51,835 nucleotides of DNA, taken from Octopus sinensis (taxonomy: Eukaryota). The stretch lies in assembly GCF_006345805.1 (NCBI RefSeq), contig NW_021833984.1, positions 1 through 51,835 of the forward strand, in the 5' to 3' direction. Below the pieces are notes generated by a model that was given only the letters and a program-made list of their open reading frames with translations, did not search any database and had not been told where the DNA came from. Numbering within the stretch: the first letter of the stretch is position 1; every line of letters begins with the position of its first letter. This document shows, piece after piece, positions 25,366-38,121 of the stretch. Both the position numbers and the translations under genes were made by a program.

Positions 25366-26384
25366 TTAAAATGCTTCATTAAAATAATTTGCTCTTCTTT
25401 TCTTTTCTATTCTTTTCTTTTGCGAACATGGAGTAGAGACGTTCGTAAAACATCTTCTGTGATAAGCGACAGTGATCCACACGAAAGCTAAGAACCACTA
25501 GAATAAATGAAAGATTTAACTTGTCCTTGACACACTAAATGAAAATTAATCCTTTAAACATTAATAGCTTTATCCTTTAAGAGATACAGGATGTTTTCGC
25601 TTTCATATCATAATTATCCTATATCATGAACGCACATGAAAGATTACACAGTCACGTCTCTTTAGAGTCAGACAATTATATCCGATTATTGTTATGCGTT
25701 GTCTCCTATTTCCTTGTTGCTAGAATGTTGTCAGCTGCTCTCCATTTATGGTAGTTATTTGATGTAGAGAGCGGCTGTCTCGAAAGTAGTCTGTTGCCGT
25801 GACCATGGCCGTCTTAACAGCATTATTGGCACCCAGACAAACCAATACAGTGGGCCTTATAACTAGCGCTCAGTCGGCCACCGCCATGAGAGGTTCCAGT
25901 CGATGCAGTTTGAGTGGTTAAGAAATTTGCTTTGCAATCGTGAAGTCGCTGGTTCGGTCTTTCAGCGTGACGTCTTTACTCAAACTTCGGGGTTAACTCA
26001 AGTCATGTGACTGAAATTTGGTAAACAGAAACTGTGTGGAAGACCGTAGAAGGGATTATATCTATAATTCAATGATCCAAATTGTCACCTGGTTTAATTT
26101 AAGAATTACATCGAGGACACACAGGCCTGTAGAATCATCACCGTCATGGTCGAGTGACTTTCCTGGACCAATGCAACTCTTCCAAGCCACACGTTCCGAT
26201 CAAGTGACGCGACATGAACGACTGGCTCAGGTTTTAATCACATTAGTCTTCTGCTAGTTAAACTATTTCGTCTGTACGCGTCACGGCTACGGATAATAGT
26301 AGTGGTTTAGTAACTTAACTGGTTCATCCTGGCTGTTAGCAGTTAGTTGCCTGTTCGTCCGCTCATAATTCAATGATTTTCTTT

Positions 26385-27098
26385 TCTACTCAAGGCACAA
26401 GGCCCGAAATTTTGGGGGAGGGAGGGCAGTCGATTAGGTTGACCTCAGTAGGCAACTGGTACTTAATTTATCGACCCCGAAAGGATGGAAGGCAAATTCG
26501 ACCTCGGTGGAATTTGAACTCGGAACGTAAAGACAGACGAAATAAAAATAATCTTTTCTACTCTAGGCACAAGACCTGAAATTTTTCGACCTCAGTACGC
26601 AACTGGTGCTTAATTTATCGACCCTGAAAGAATGGAAGGCAAAGTCGACCTCGGCGGTATTTGAACTCAGAATGTGAAGACAGACGAAATACCTATTTCT
26701 TTACTACCCACAAGGGGCTAAGCACAGAGAGTACAGACAAGAACAAACAAACGGATTAAGTCGATTATGTCGACCCATTGCGTAACTGGTACTTACTTAA
26801 TCGACTCCGAAAGGATGAAAGGCAAAGTCGACCTCGGTGGAATTTGAACTCAGAACATAGCAGCAGACGAAATACTTATTTCTTTATTACCCACAAGGGG
26901 CTAAACACAGAGGAGACAAACAAGGACAGACAAACGGATTAAGTCGATTACATCGACCCCAATACTTAATTTATCGATCCCGAAAGGATGAAAGGCAAAG
27001 TCGACCTCGGCGGAATTTGAACTCAGAACGTAACGGCAGACGAAATACGGCTACGCATTTCGCCCGGCGTGCTAACGTTTCTGCCAGCTCGCCGCCTT
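26385..27098 (-). mobile_element. SINE A pentamer (one full head plus four head-truncated units)
   Basis: Five consecutive units, each ending near gacgaaata on the plus strand. Confidence 0.9.
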
Positions 27099-27225
27099 CT
27101 GTCCCATTATCTGTGATTAAGCGAACATTGGGTTAGCTAGAATATGTTTATATGTCTGTGACATATTTCGGCTTCTAAAGGACATTTTAAAAGTTTTCGC
27201 GGAGGAAAAAATTTCTCTCTTACAG

Positions 27226-27329
27226 TAAAAGGTGTAAAAGTACTACATCTACTCAGTGCTGCCCCCTATTGGATTCTCAGATGCGTTTCTAGCTCTTTAG
27301 CCGTTAACAATGGGAAACGCCGAAGAAAG
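27226..27329 (+). CDS. Candidate 104-nt exon (xKGVKVLHLLSAAPYWILRCVSSSLAVNNGKRRRK, or UTR plus MGNAEE start)
   Basis: Acceptor tttctctcttacag and donor AAG|GTATAT, one fully open frame, unique sequence. Confidence 0.3.
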
Positions 27330-27344
27330 GTATATGTATGTATG

Positions 27345-27715
27345 TTCTTTTATTTGTTTCAGTCATTTGATTGCGGCCATGCTGGAGCACCGCCTTTAGT
27401 CGAACAAATCGACACCAGGACTTTGCAAGCCCAGTATTTATTCTATCCATATCTTTTACCGAACCGCTAAGGTACGGGGACGTAAACACACCAGCATCGG
27501 TTGTGAAGCGACGGTGGAGGGACAAACACAGACACACAAACATATATATATATATATCATGGGTTTCTTTCAGTTTACTCAATCCACTCACAAGGCTTCG
27601 GTCGGCCCGAGGCTATAGTAGAAGACACTTGCCCAAGGTGCCATGCAGTGGGATTGAACTCGGAACCATGTGGTTGGTGAGCAAGCTACTTACCACACAG
27701 CCACTCTTGCGCCTA
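27345..27715 (-). mobile_element. SINE B
   Basis: Family motifs. Confidence 0.9.
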
Positions 27716-28457
27716 TGTATGTATGTGTACAAGTAGATACAACACATGTGTATACAAATATATATAGATATACTTATATAGTTATATATATGTACATGTG
27801 TGTATGTATGTGTATAAGTATATATGTACGTATGCATTTCTTGAATAGGTATTTAAAATAATTCTGAGTTTAAATACCGTCAATGTTAACTTTTACCTTC
27901 AACAGTTTGAGAGGAGGGGCAATAAAATAAAGGACCAATCAAATATCGAATCGATTTAATCGCCAAACATTCCACCCGAAATGTGTGGCTTTGTGCCTGC
28001 AGTAGAAATCAATAATTTTATAACGTTGTCATTTAACCCTTAAACAACGGGGAAATGTTGCATGAAGGAAACGGGCACAAAAAAAAAAAAAGGTTTGCAT
28101 GAACCAAACGGGCAAAAAGTAAAACAAAAGCAAAGAAAGCATCTATTTTACTTAAGGGTAATTTTCAGTTTAGATAAGTTCAAAAACTATAACAACTGTT
28201 AGTCTCTCGCACAATAAAATTTGCAAACTCATTATCGAAAAGAGCCGTAAAATATTCACTTTCTTTTGATGATGGCTGCATTCATGTAAAATGCTTCAAA
28301 CATCAATTGATGATGTCCGCTGTTCTCTAATGAAACATCAATTGATGACATCCGCCGTTTAAGGGTTAATACTGGCGAATCTCTAAAGCTGTTGATTTAA
28401 AAGACCTTTATTGAAAACGTTTGTGTCGTAGAGAAAGCAGCCTAATAATAGCTGTAC

Positions 28458-28565
28458 CTCTTCAATCAGTTGCAAAACATCCGTCAACTTCATACAACCA
28501 GCGCTAGTAATACAAATCAGATGCATTACTTCATGGCACCCCAAATGAATCCAAGCTGAACTTTG
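28458..28565 (-). CDS. Candidate 108-nt exon QSSAWIHLGCHEVMHLICITSAGCMKLTDVLQLIEE
   Basis: Branch-like ctaac plus acceptor ctgtttgcag, donor GAG|GTACAG, one open frame. Confidence 0.25.
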
Positions 28566-28741
28566 CTGCAAACAGGTTAGCCATGGATTTCAATCCGCCG
28601 TTTATCCAAGGTCAATCACCTTAATCATGCAATCGTCTTGGGTGAGAAGTACATTAATGCCATTACTTCACGTTCATTCATTTCTCTAAATTACAAGTTC
28701 CATCTGCTTATCAAAAGCGAAAGCGATATTTAGACTAGCGT

Positions 28742-28925
28742 GAAGGCAGCGAGTTGGTAGGATGAGTTCACATTCTGCCGAGGCCGGCTTTGCCTTTCAT
28801 ATTTTCGGGGTCGGTTAAATAAGTACCAGTTACGCACTGGGGTCGATGTAATCGACTTAATCCTTTTGTCTGTCCTGGTTTGCCCCCTCTGTGTTTAGCC
28901 CCTTGTGGGCAATAAAGAAATATAG
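28742..28925 (+). mobile_element. SINE A
   Basis: Family motifs. Confidence 0.85.
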
Positions 28926-29054
28926 ACATATACCTCGCTCAGAGATTTATTATTACTTGTTTACACGTTTTCGAGATCAGTGACTTTTCGTCACTGGAAA
29001 AAGGATATATGTATTTGCATTGAGAAGCACTTCACATCGACAACCGGTGATTGT

Positions 29055-29099
29055 CACACGCTGACGACGGGTCAATACTCAGAAACCCGGGTCCGTGTG
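29055..29099 (+). ncRNA. Type-I hammerhead ribozyme motif
   Basis: cacacg CTGACGA c-gggt-caat-actc-a GAAA cccggg TC|cgtgtg gives a 6-bp perfect stem I, a canonical core, palindromic ACCCGGGT and a GUC site. Confidence 0.7.
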
Positions 29100-29265
29100 T
29101 ATCACGTCAGGTTGAAGATGGGAAGGTTGACTTCCCTTTGCAAATACTGATAGGGCACAGAAAGTGTGTCAATAGCCAGCTGGAGGAGGTGTCTTCCTGG
29201 GGCTACAAGCTACAGTAGCATCCACCCTTAAGGGTTAGCCGCATTTAAGTGGCAAATATACCTCA

Positions 29266-29319
<54 letters not shown>

Positions 29320-29320
<1 letters not shown>

Positions 29321-29700
29321 TGCAGGAGTGGCTGTGTGGTATGAAGCTTGCTTCCAAACTACATGGTTCCGGGTTCAGTCCCACTGCGTGGCACCTTGGG
29401 CAAGTGTCTTCTACTATATCCTCAGGCCGACCAAATCCTTGTGAGTGGATTTGGTAGGCGGAAAAAGGATATATATCTCTACTGGTGTGTGAGTGTCTTT
29501 GCCCCCCACCATCGCTTGAGAACCGATGCTGGTGTGCTTATCTCCCCGTAACTAGCGGCTCGGCCAATGAGAACGATAGAAAAAAGTACTAGGCTTACCA
29601 AGAACATAAGCGGTGATGTCGATTTCTTCAGCTAAAACTCTTTAACGCGGCGCTCCAGCATGGCCGCAGCCTAATAACACTGAAACTAGTAAAAGACAAA
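29320..29700 (+). mobile_element. SINE B
   Basis: Family motifs. Confidence 0.85.
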
Positions 29701-29709
29701 GGATAAAAC

Positions 29710-29765
<56 letters not shown>

Positions 29766-29768
<3 letters not shown>

Positions 29769-29935
29769 TTCTCTCCTTTTTTTCTCTCCTTGTTTTTTTC
29801 TGTGTCCCTTTCTGTAGAAGAGCGTAGGCTCGAAACGTAAAAGACTTTTTCTATTCTTGAGCGTTATACTAAAACATCTGTTTGTTTTGTACACCACCTG
29901 TCTTCGTCTTTTTGTTTTTTTTCGTAAACTCACCC
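29766..29935 (+). mobile_element. PLE-like short element between (TA)n tracts, with hammerhead-like motif at 29808-29843
   Basis: cttt CTGTAGA a gagc-gtag-gctc GAAA cgta|aaag. The 3' part matches 11345-11405 in reverse. Confidence 0.6.
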
Positions 29936-30559
29936 TATATATATATGTGTGTGTCTGTGTGTGAAGAACACATATGCATATACATACACACATACGTACA
30001 TACATACATTCAAATATGCATACATATATATATGTGTGTGTGTGTGCGTGTGTCTGTGTGTGCAATGTATGCCTATGTCAAGGTGTCGTTGTCGGTCTCA
30101 TAGTGGTTACTATCCATACGCCTCGATGTGACAGTGTAAATATAGATCTTTAGAAAGGCAAGATACATTCTACAACAATAACATTAAAATGAGCTGAAAC
30201 CTACGTGAATGTTCTCCTCAAATATCATATTCGTCTATTGTTAGAAAATCGCTTGGTACAATCTTTAGTGTTTTCCTTCAAAAATCTTAATCTTCGATTC
30301 GCTTTCACAAATACACTTCGATAGCTGACCTTCACCTGACCTCTCATGCGTGTTTATCGATTTTTGTTCTATATTTTTCTCTTATTACTAGAATAGTGAA
30401 GATCAAACTAAATTATTGACAGGTGATTTGATACTTACACGTTTAGACAAAAGAAGTGAGTAGACTAACGGAAAAGACAAGCACACACACACACACACAG
30501 ACGTACACACACAGACGTACACACACAGACATACACGTACGCGCACCTACATATATATA

Positions 30560-30602
30560 TAGACTAGATAGATAGAGAGATATATAGGTAAATGAATGTA
30601 GG

Positions 30603-30677
<75 letters not shown>

Positions 30678-30690
30678 ATAGATAGATGGA

Positions 30691-30730
<40 letters not shown>

Positions 30731-30735
30731 TAGTT

Positions 30736-30790
<55 letters not shown>

Positions 30791-30817
30791 TGCACATATA
30801 TACATGTGTGTGTGTAA

Positions 30818-30858
<41 letters not shown>

Positions 30859-31017
30859 AAAAGAGAGAGAACGAGTAAGATAAGTAAATAGGTAGATAAA
30901 TAGATGGATAACAAAGACAGACAGACAGACAGACAAACAAACAGACAGACAGACAGACAAACAGACAAACAGACAGACAAACAGACAGACAACAGATAGA
31001 TAGATAGACAGAGACAC

Positions 31018-31107
<90 letters not shown>

Positions 31108-31110
31108 GCG
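30560..31110. repeat. (GATA)n/(GACA)n microsatellite
   Basis: Direct inspection. Confidence 0.95.
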
Positions 31111-31378
31111 GGACAGAGATAGACATACGTGCTAACAAAATAGATGTGGCGTGAGTAGATATTGATTAAAGAGCCGAGAATAGAACCGATGTACAGATAT
31201 GATTGAATTTATTCATACTTTCTCAAATTATTAATGTATATACATGAGTACATCAAAATGCATAGAAACTGACAAATTTTCATACATTTTCATTCACACA
31301 CATATATTATACATATGTGTGTATGAATATAATATTTATATGTGTGCGAATGTATGTATATATGTATATATATATGTG

Positions 31379-31457
<79 letters not shown>

Positions 31458-31879
31458 ATATATATGTATGTATATATATATGTATACATACATGTATATA
31501 AATACACACATACACACACATACGCACACATACACACATCACTAAAGCTTCGGAAAAAATGTTTTGTAGTATTTCTTCGAGGCTCTTTATGGTCTCTGAG
31601 TTCAAATCCTGCCGAGGTTAGCTTTTTTGCCTTTCATCCTTTCCCCCCAGGGGTTGATAATCGGGGTAACAATCAAGTAGTGGAATTGATAGAATCGATT
31701 GATTCCCTTCCCTCAAAAATCGCCGGTCCTAATTCTTAATCCTAAATTAGAAACCGTTTTCACCCTTCCAAATTATACCTTAACGTCTTCAAAAAACAAA
31801 AAAAATGGAAGAACACATTCGTAAAGGTATTCCTGGTCCTTCAAAAAGATGGGATGGTCATAGCTGGAGACACTTTTGA

Positions 31880-32195
31880 TCATGGCCTGTCGGTTACTAC
31901 GACGAGCGTTCTAGCTGATACTATCAGCGGAACGCCAGCTCGTGAAATTAACGTGCAATTGACTGAGCACTCCACATACACACGTTACCCTTAACGCAAT
32001 TCTCGGGGAGACTCATCGTGACACAGAATATGATATGGCCGACCCTTTAAATTACATGTAGAGCTCAATTTTGCCAGTTGAGTAAACTGGAACAACATGA
32101 AATAAAGTGTCTTGCTCAAGGACACTGCGCACCGTCGGGAATCGAACTTATGACATTACGATCGCGAACCGAATGTCCTAAATACTATGCCACCC
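31880..32195 (-). mobile_element. SINE D
   Basis: Family motifs. Confidence 0.75.
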
Positions 32196-32634
32196 ACATT
32201 TACCTTTGATCATCGGTTTTCTGGATCAGCACACTGACCTTTCACTATCTGCATCAGCTCTGACCTTGGGCTATCAGCAACGAGAAGAAATTTTTTTTTT
32301 AAATGTGCCTCTATAACAGCAGTGTTGAGAAACAGCATTGTCTGTCTACACCAGGGTTCGCCGAAGGGGGTCCGAGGGAACTGCTTGAAATACTTAGTCA
32401 ACGCCATGCCAATCCCTCACATTGATGTTGTCAATTTCAATAAAAGACAATCCAGCAATATGGTGCATTTTTCAAATTTTCTAACCATGGAAACAATTAC
32501 ATCGAAATTGAAAGCTTAATATTGTATACTCGTACACGTAGTTTTAAATGTAAAAAGTGCGTCACCTTCAATTTGTCGTACATGTATATTTTAGCTAACA
32601 TTTTAATTGCCAGCTTCTGTACAAAAAAAAATTC

Positions 32635-32903
32635 GAGCGAGATTGTTGCCAGTGCCGCTGGACTGGCTCCTGTGCAGGTGGCATGTAAAAAACACCATTT
32701 GAGCATGGCCGTTGCCAGTGCCGCCTGACTTTCCCTCGTGCCGGTGGCACATAAAAGCACCCACTACATTCTCGGAGTGGTTGGCATTAGGAAGGGCATC
32801 CAGCTGCAGAAACTCTGCCAGATCAAGATTGGAGCCTTGTGCAGCCATCTGGTTCGCCAGTCCTCAGTCCAACCCATGCTAGCATGGAAAGCGGACGTTA
32901 AAC

Positions 32904-32955
<52 letters not shown>
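32635..32955 (+). mobile_element. Repeat family E ending in (GAT)n
   Basis: ggttggcattaggaagggcatccagctg..gcggacgttaaacgatgatgat. Confidence 0.8.
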
Positions 32956-32958
<3 letters not shown>

Positions 32959-33417
32959 ACCCGGTACACATTTAAGATATGCTATGGTAGGGTTGGGTAT
33001 TAAGATATTTTGAATGAGGAGGGTGGGCAATGCGGAATGAAAAGTGGCCAAAAGGGATCAATACGGAAGGAGAAGTGGGTAAAGGGGGTCGATGGTCGAA
33101 AAAGTTTGGCGAACTCTAGTTTAGAACGATATCAGCCATTTTGTTGTTGATTGTTAACCCTCTGTAAGGATCTCAAGGAGATGAGCAATGATCAGAGGCA
33201 TTTTAACTGTGATCATCTTGTCTTTTTTATAAATGAAGGGTTGCGTTTCCTTATTATAGTCTAAAGATTTCTGTCTTTATTTTCTCAACAACGTGAATTA
33301 GTTACCTTATGAAGGTAGCATCGCAGAAAAATAAGACATCTTTTTTTATATGAAATATAAACGATACATGTAAATTAAATATATGCAAATTGGCAAAGCA
33401 TTTCGAAAAGTGAACAT

Positions 33418-33850
33418 GGCGCAGGTGTGATGTGTGGTAAAAAAAAATTTGCTTCTCAACCACATAGTTCTGGGTTCTGTTCCATTGTGTGGCTGCCTCG
33501 GGTAAATGTCTGCCTCGGGCTGACCAAAGATTTGTGAGTGGATTTGGTAGACGGAAACTGAAAGTAGACATTGTGTGTGTTTGTGTGTGTGTGTATGCGT
33601 GCGCGCGTGTGTGTGTGTGTGAGAGAGAGAGAGTGAGTTAGTGCGTGTGTGTGTCTTTGTCCTCCGCCACCGCCGGACAACCGGTGTTAGTTTATTTACG
33701 TCCTCTTAACTTAACGATTGGGTAAAAGAGGTCGATAAATAGTACGAGGTTTCAAAAAAACCAAACGTAATGGAGTCGATTCATTCGACTAGAATTCATC
33801 TAGAATTCCTGATGGCATTGCCCCAGCATGGCCAGAGTCGAATACCTGAC
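33418..33850 (+). mobile_element. SINE B (diverged)
   Basis: Family motifs. Confidence 0.8.
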
Positions 33851-34262
33851 AGATGTAATATTTAAAATCCAAAAGATGCCGCTACATAAAAACTAATCTA
33901 TCTCGAGTTAAGTGCATCAGCCGTGCAAAGATCGCAGGGCCAGGTTATGAACTGTCGCTCCTTTAGTTCGCTGTTCAACATTTTTCCCACTTGGCCAGCT
34001 GCTGCGATTCTAGAACAGTCGCCACCCCATGAACATTATTTATTCAATCTAATATGACATACCACTTAAATCACTCCCGCTTTATAAAGAATTCTATAAA
34101 AGTAAACCCAGAAACACGCTGTAGTGTATTCCATTCTATATTGTTATATTAATATCTGATATGAGTCGAGTTAAAATTAACACACACTTAATGAGTGTAA
34201 ATAACAAAATAAACACAATGAATTTTGTTAAATTTCCTGTCAAACAGGTATTTGTAAAGATT

Positions 34263-34305
34263 ACAAGATGGCGGCGAACGTTCAACGGAAGTGGGTGGCG
34301 TGAGT
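34263..34305 (+). promoter_or_regulatory. Candidate promoter/first coding exon MAANVQRKWVA
   Basis: AAGATGGCGGC (YY1/Kozak) with ATG at 34268, CGGAAGT (ETS) at 34286-34292, donor GC|GTGAGT at 34300. Confidence 0.55.
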
Positions 34306-34893
34306 TTGGAATTCATATCAACGACGTGCTTGTTGTCAAGCATAAACAATAATTGGTTTGCCCATAATTCCTTAGCAATCTTGGTTTGATAAAGACTTGT
34401 TGATGATAAATAACTTGACAAGGAGTGTTTAATAAATATTAACAACGTAGCCTTCAAAATTTCATAAGTCATTTGGGTGATTTAAGCATGAGATTTTCTG
34501 AGATTGCGATAATTTTAAAGAAAAGAAGAAAAAAAGAGAGAGAAAAGAAGCCACCGAACACATTCTGTCACTGACAAGAATACACAACAGGCTGGCAGGA
34601 AGTAGCGAAACAGAACAAGGCTATACGCCATATTGGATTAGATACTTGTTCGTCCTATCTATCTGTCTCTTTGTCTGTCTGTCTGTTTTTCTTTCTGTCT
34701 ACCTGACAGTCTGCTTGTTTGCCTGTCTGTCTGTCTGCCTATCTATATATCTCTCTATATATCTAACTATATTTATCTATATATCTCTATGTCTGTCTGT
34801 CCATCTGTCTATTTATCTTTATCTATTTATCTGTCTGTACGGCTGTCTGTATGTCTGTCTGTATATCTGTATGGCTATCTATAGGTCTGCCTG

Positions 34894-34954
<61 letters not shown>

Positions 34955-34999
34955 ATTTATCTGTCTCTATGTCTGTCTCAATGGCTGTCTGTATGTCAA

Positions 35000-35078
<79 letters not shown>

Positions 35079-35559
35079 GTCTGTCTGTCTGTCTGTCTGT
35101 TTATTTGTCTCTCTTTCTGTGTGTCTATGTATGTATGTATGTATGTATGTATGTACGTATGCATGTACGTATAAATGCATGTATGTATGTCAGTTTGTGA
35201 TTACCTTTGGCGTGTGTGTGCGTGTATCCGTGTGCGTGTATGTGTGTGTATGTTTATGAGCGTGCGTGCGTCTGTGTACATGTGTACAGAATATGTCTTT
35301 ATATCTGTTGTGTCTACGTTAGCATCTACCAGTCTTAATGGAGTCTTAATTTTCTATCTTTGCGACAGACAGCTCGTTATGCAAGATCTACAAGTTGGTG
35401 GAAATCAACGGCGGAATAACTTAAGCAACGATACAGCAGCGCTGTCTCCGCTAAAGACTCTTAATTCTTCGTGTAGGAGACGACTTAGTTTCGAAGAAGC
35501 ATTGAGAGGAAGTTGTTACGACAATAGGCGATGGCGGAGTGATGTTTAATTCATACGGA

Positions 35560-36065
35560 TTTCTTCTTCTTCTTCCTCTCCTTCCACGTCTTCCTCTTCT
35601 TCTTCTTCTTCTTCTTCTTCTTCTTCTTCTTCTTCTCCTCCTCCTTCTTCTTCTCCTTCTTCCATTTCTTCTTCTTATTCTTCTTATTCTTCTTCTTCCT
35701 CACCTTCCTCTTCTTCCCTTCTTTTTCCTCTTGTTCTTCTCCCTCTCCTTCTTCCTCTTCTTTTTCTTCTTCTTTTTTCATCTTCTCCTCCTCCTCCACT
35801 TCTCTTTTTCATTCTCTTTTTTTCCATCTTTTTCTCCTCCTCCTCCTCTTCCTTCCCCTCTTCCTCTACTTCTACTTCTCTCACATCTTTTCTTCTTTCA
35901 CGTTTTCTTCTCTGTCTTCTTTTTCTCCTCCTCCTTTACCTCCTCCTTCACCTTATTTCTTCTTTTTCACCTTCTTCCTTCTTCTTCACCTTCTTCATTT
36001 TTTTCTTCTTTATCTTCTTCCTCTCCTTCTTTTCCTTCTCTTCCTCCTCCTCCTCCTCCTCTCCA
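35560..36065. repeat. (CTT)n/(CCT)n pyrimidine tract
   Basis: Direct inspection. Confidence 0.95.
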
Positions 36066-36444
36066 TTCTACTGCATTCATATATTGACAAAACCCAATTA
36101 ATTAGATACTACATGAGTGAATGTACTACTAAAACTTGGTACTATATTATTAATAACCTTGTAGTTATTAAGGTACTACTTTATTAATAAGCCATCAGTT
36201 AATGAGGTACTATATTGATAAAATGTCGGTTAATGAGTGACTGCCACTTTGATGAAACGAAAACGACAGACGGTGAAGTCTATAAAGTACCATATTCATA
36301 AGTTGTGAGTTGCTGACGTAATTGGGTAATGGGTAAAGAATGACCATAGAATTGCACCTAGAAAATTCCCCTCTGAGGCACAAGAAGACCAGCAGTTTTC
36401 AATGCATACCAGCCTCGCTTCTCCACGCCACTGATGTTATCAAA

Positions 36445-37100
36445 TGGAGCAGATAGACTTCAGTCTGTCTGCATATAAATCACAGATCAATGATTCACCT
36501 CGTTTCAAGATGAGCCGAGTATGACTCAATATTGATAAACCGCAATAATGACGAAATACCAGTGTCTACCATTCTCGGTGATTCCGAGCTGAATTGTCTC
36601 GCTTGGTCTGTAATATTCTGGTGCTTTTTTAACGCTTAGTGTTGAGTAAGGAGCTTTCCCAAGAAGCTATCCCGCAGCAAATTTGGCGTATGAATAAAAT
36701 ACATAGACTACGTATGAGTAACCGATAATGTTTTACATCATAAGAGCTTTTAATTTATTTCCACATGCGCTACGTCGTAGCACACCAGAAAAATAGACTT
36801 CTCTCTATTTGCATTTAAGTCAGGGACCAACGAGTCACCTCGTTTCGAGATGATCCAAGTACATGATTCACTATCGATAAGCCAGGATAACGACGAAAAA
36901 CCGATATCTACCATTCTAAGTGATTCCGAGACAAGTTGTCTCATATCTCGCTTGGTCCGTGACATTCAGGTATTCTTTAACACTCGGGATTTTGCAGGGT
37001 TCTTTCTCAGGGCGCTATCTTGCAGCAATATAGGTGTATAAACAAGAAGCGTACACTACATATGTGCAACCTATAATGTTTACACTATATACAACATCGA
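36445..37100. repeat. Diverged tandem duplication, 340-bp period, 2 copies
   Basis: tcacctcgtttc at 36495 and 36835, with shared tctaccattct, gtgattccgag and tctcgcttggtc. Confidence 0.85.
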
Positions 37101-37162
37101 ATCGCATGCTAGAAAATATGTTACATCGATTAAAAAGTCATTTAGTGAAATAGTATTTCACA

Positions 37163-38074
37163 GGCGTAGGAGTGGCTGTGTGGTAAGTAGCTTGCTCACC
37201 AACCACATGGTTCCGGGTTCTGTCCCACTGCGTGGCACGTTGGGCAAGTGTCTTCTACTATAGCCTCGGGCCGACCAAAGCCTTCTGCGTGGATTTGGTA
37301 GACGGAAACTGAAAGAAGCCCGTCGTATATGCATGTAAGTATATATTTGTGTGTCTGTGTTTGTCCCCCCAACATCGCTCGACAACCGATGCTGTTGTGT
37401 TTACGTCCCTGTAACTTAGCGGTTCGGCAAAATAAGTACTAGGCTTACAAAGAATAAGTCCTGGGGTCGATTTGCTCGACTAAAGGCGGTGCTCCAGCAT
37501 GGCCACAGTCAAATGACTGAAACAAGTAAAAGAGTAAAAGAGATGGGTAACGCAGCCCGAAAGCCACATATTTTGTTGGTTGGGCATACACGATTAAAGT
37601 GGCCTTTATCAAAGAGGTATTATTTTATCGATCGCAAAATGGAAGGAAGTGTCATGAATGAGATCTTACAATTTTATTGAGGGCTAAAAAATAGAAAGAC
37701 TGTTGAAGTCCCTAATCATTTCCAGTCCTGAAACCCAATATCATGAAGAAATAAAATTCTCGAACTCTTTCATCTTGAGGTACACAAACCACCAACTATT
37801 TTCTATTTTTTACCTTGAGCTTGTTTCAATCATTGGACTGCGGCCATGCTGGGGCACCACCTTCATATATTTTAGTCGAAGAAATCTAGCGCGGTATTTA
37901 TTTATTTTGTTTGTTTGTTTTAAAGCCTTCTACTTATTCTATCGGCCCCTTTTTTCCATCGACCTTAAGTTACGGGTACGTAAACAAACCAACACCGGTT
38001 GTCAAGCGGCCATAGAGGACAAGCAGAAACACAAAGGTACACACACGCACAAATACATAACCACACAAACACAC

Positions 38075-38121
<47 letters not shown>

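Noticed and set aside
35539-36087. 182-aa and 82-aa Leu/Phe- or Glu/Lys-rich ORFs
   Set aside because: They are (CTT)n repeat read-throughs.
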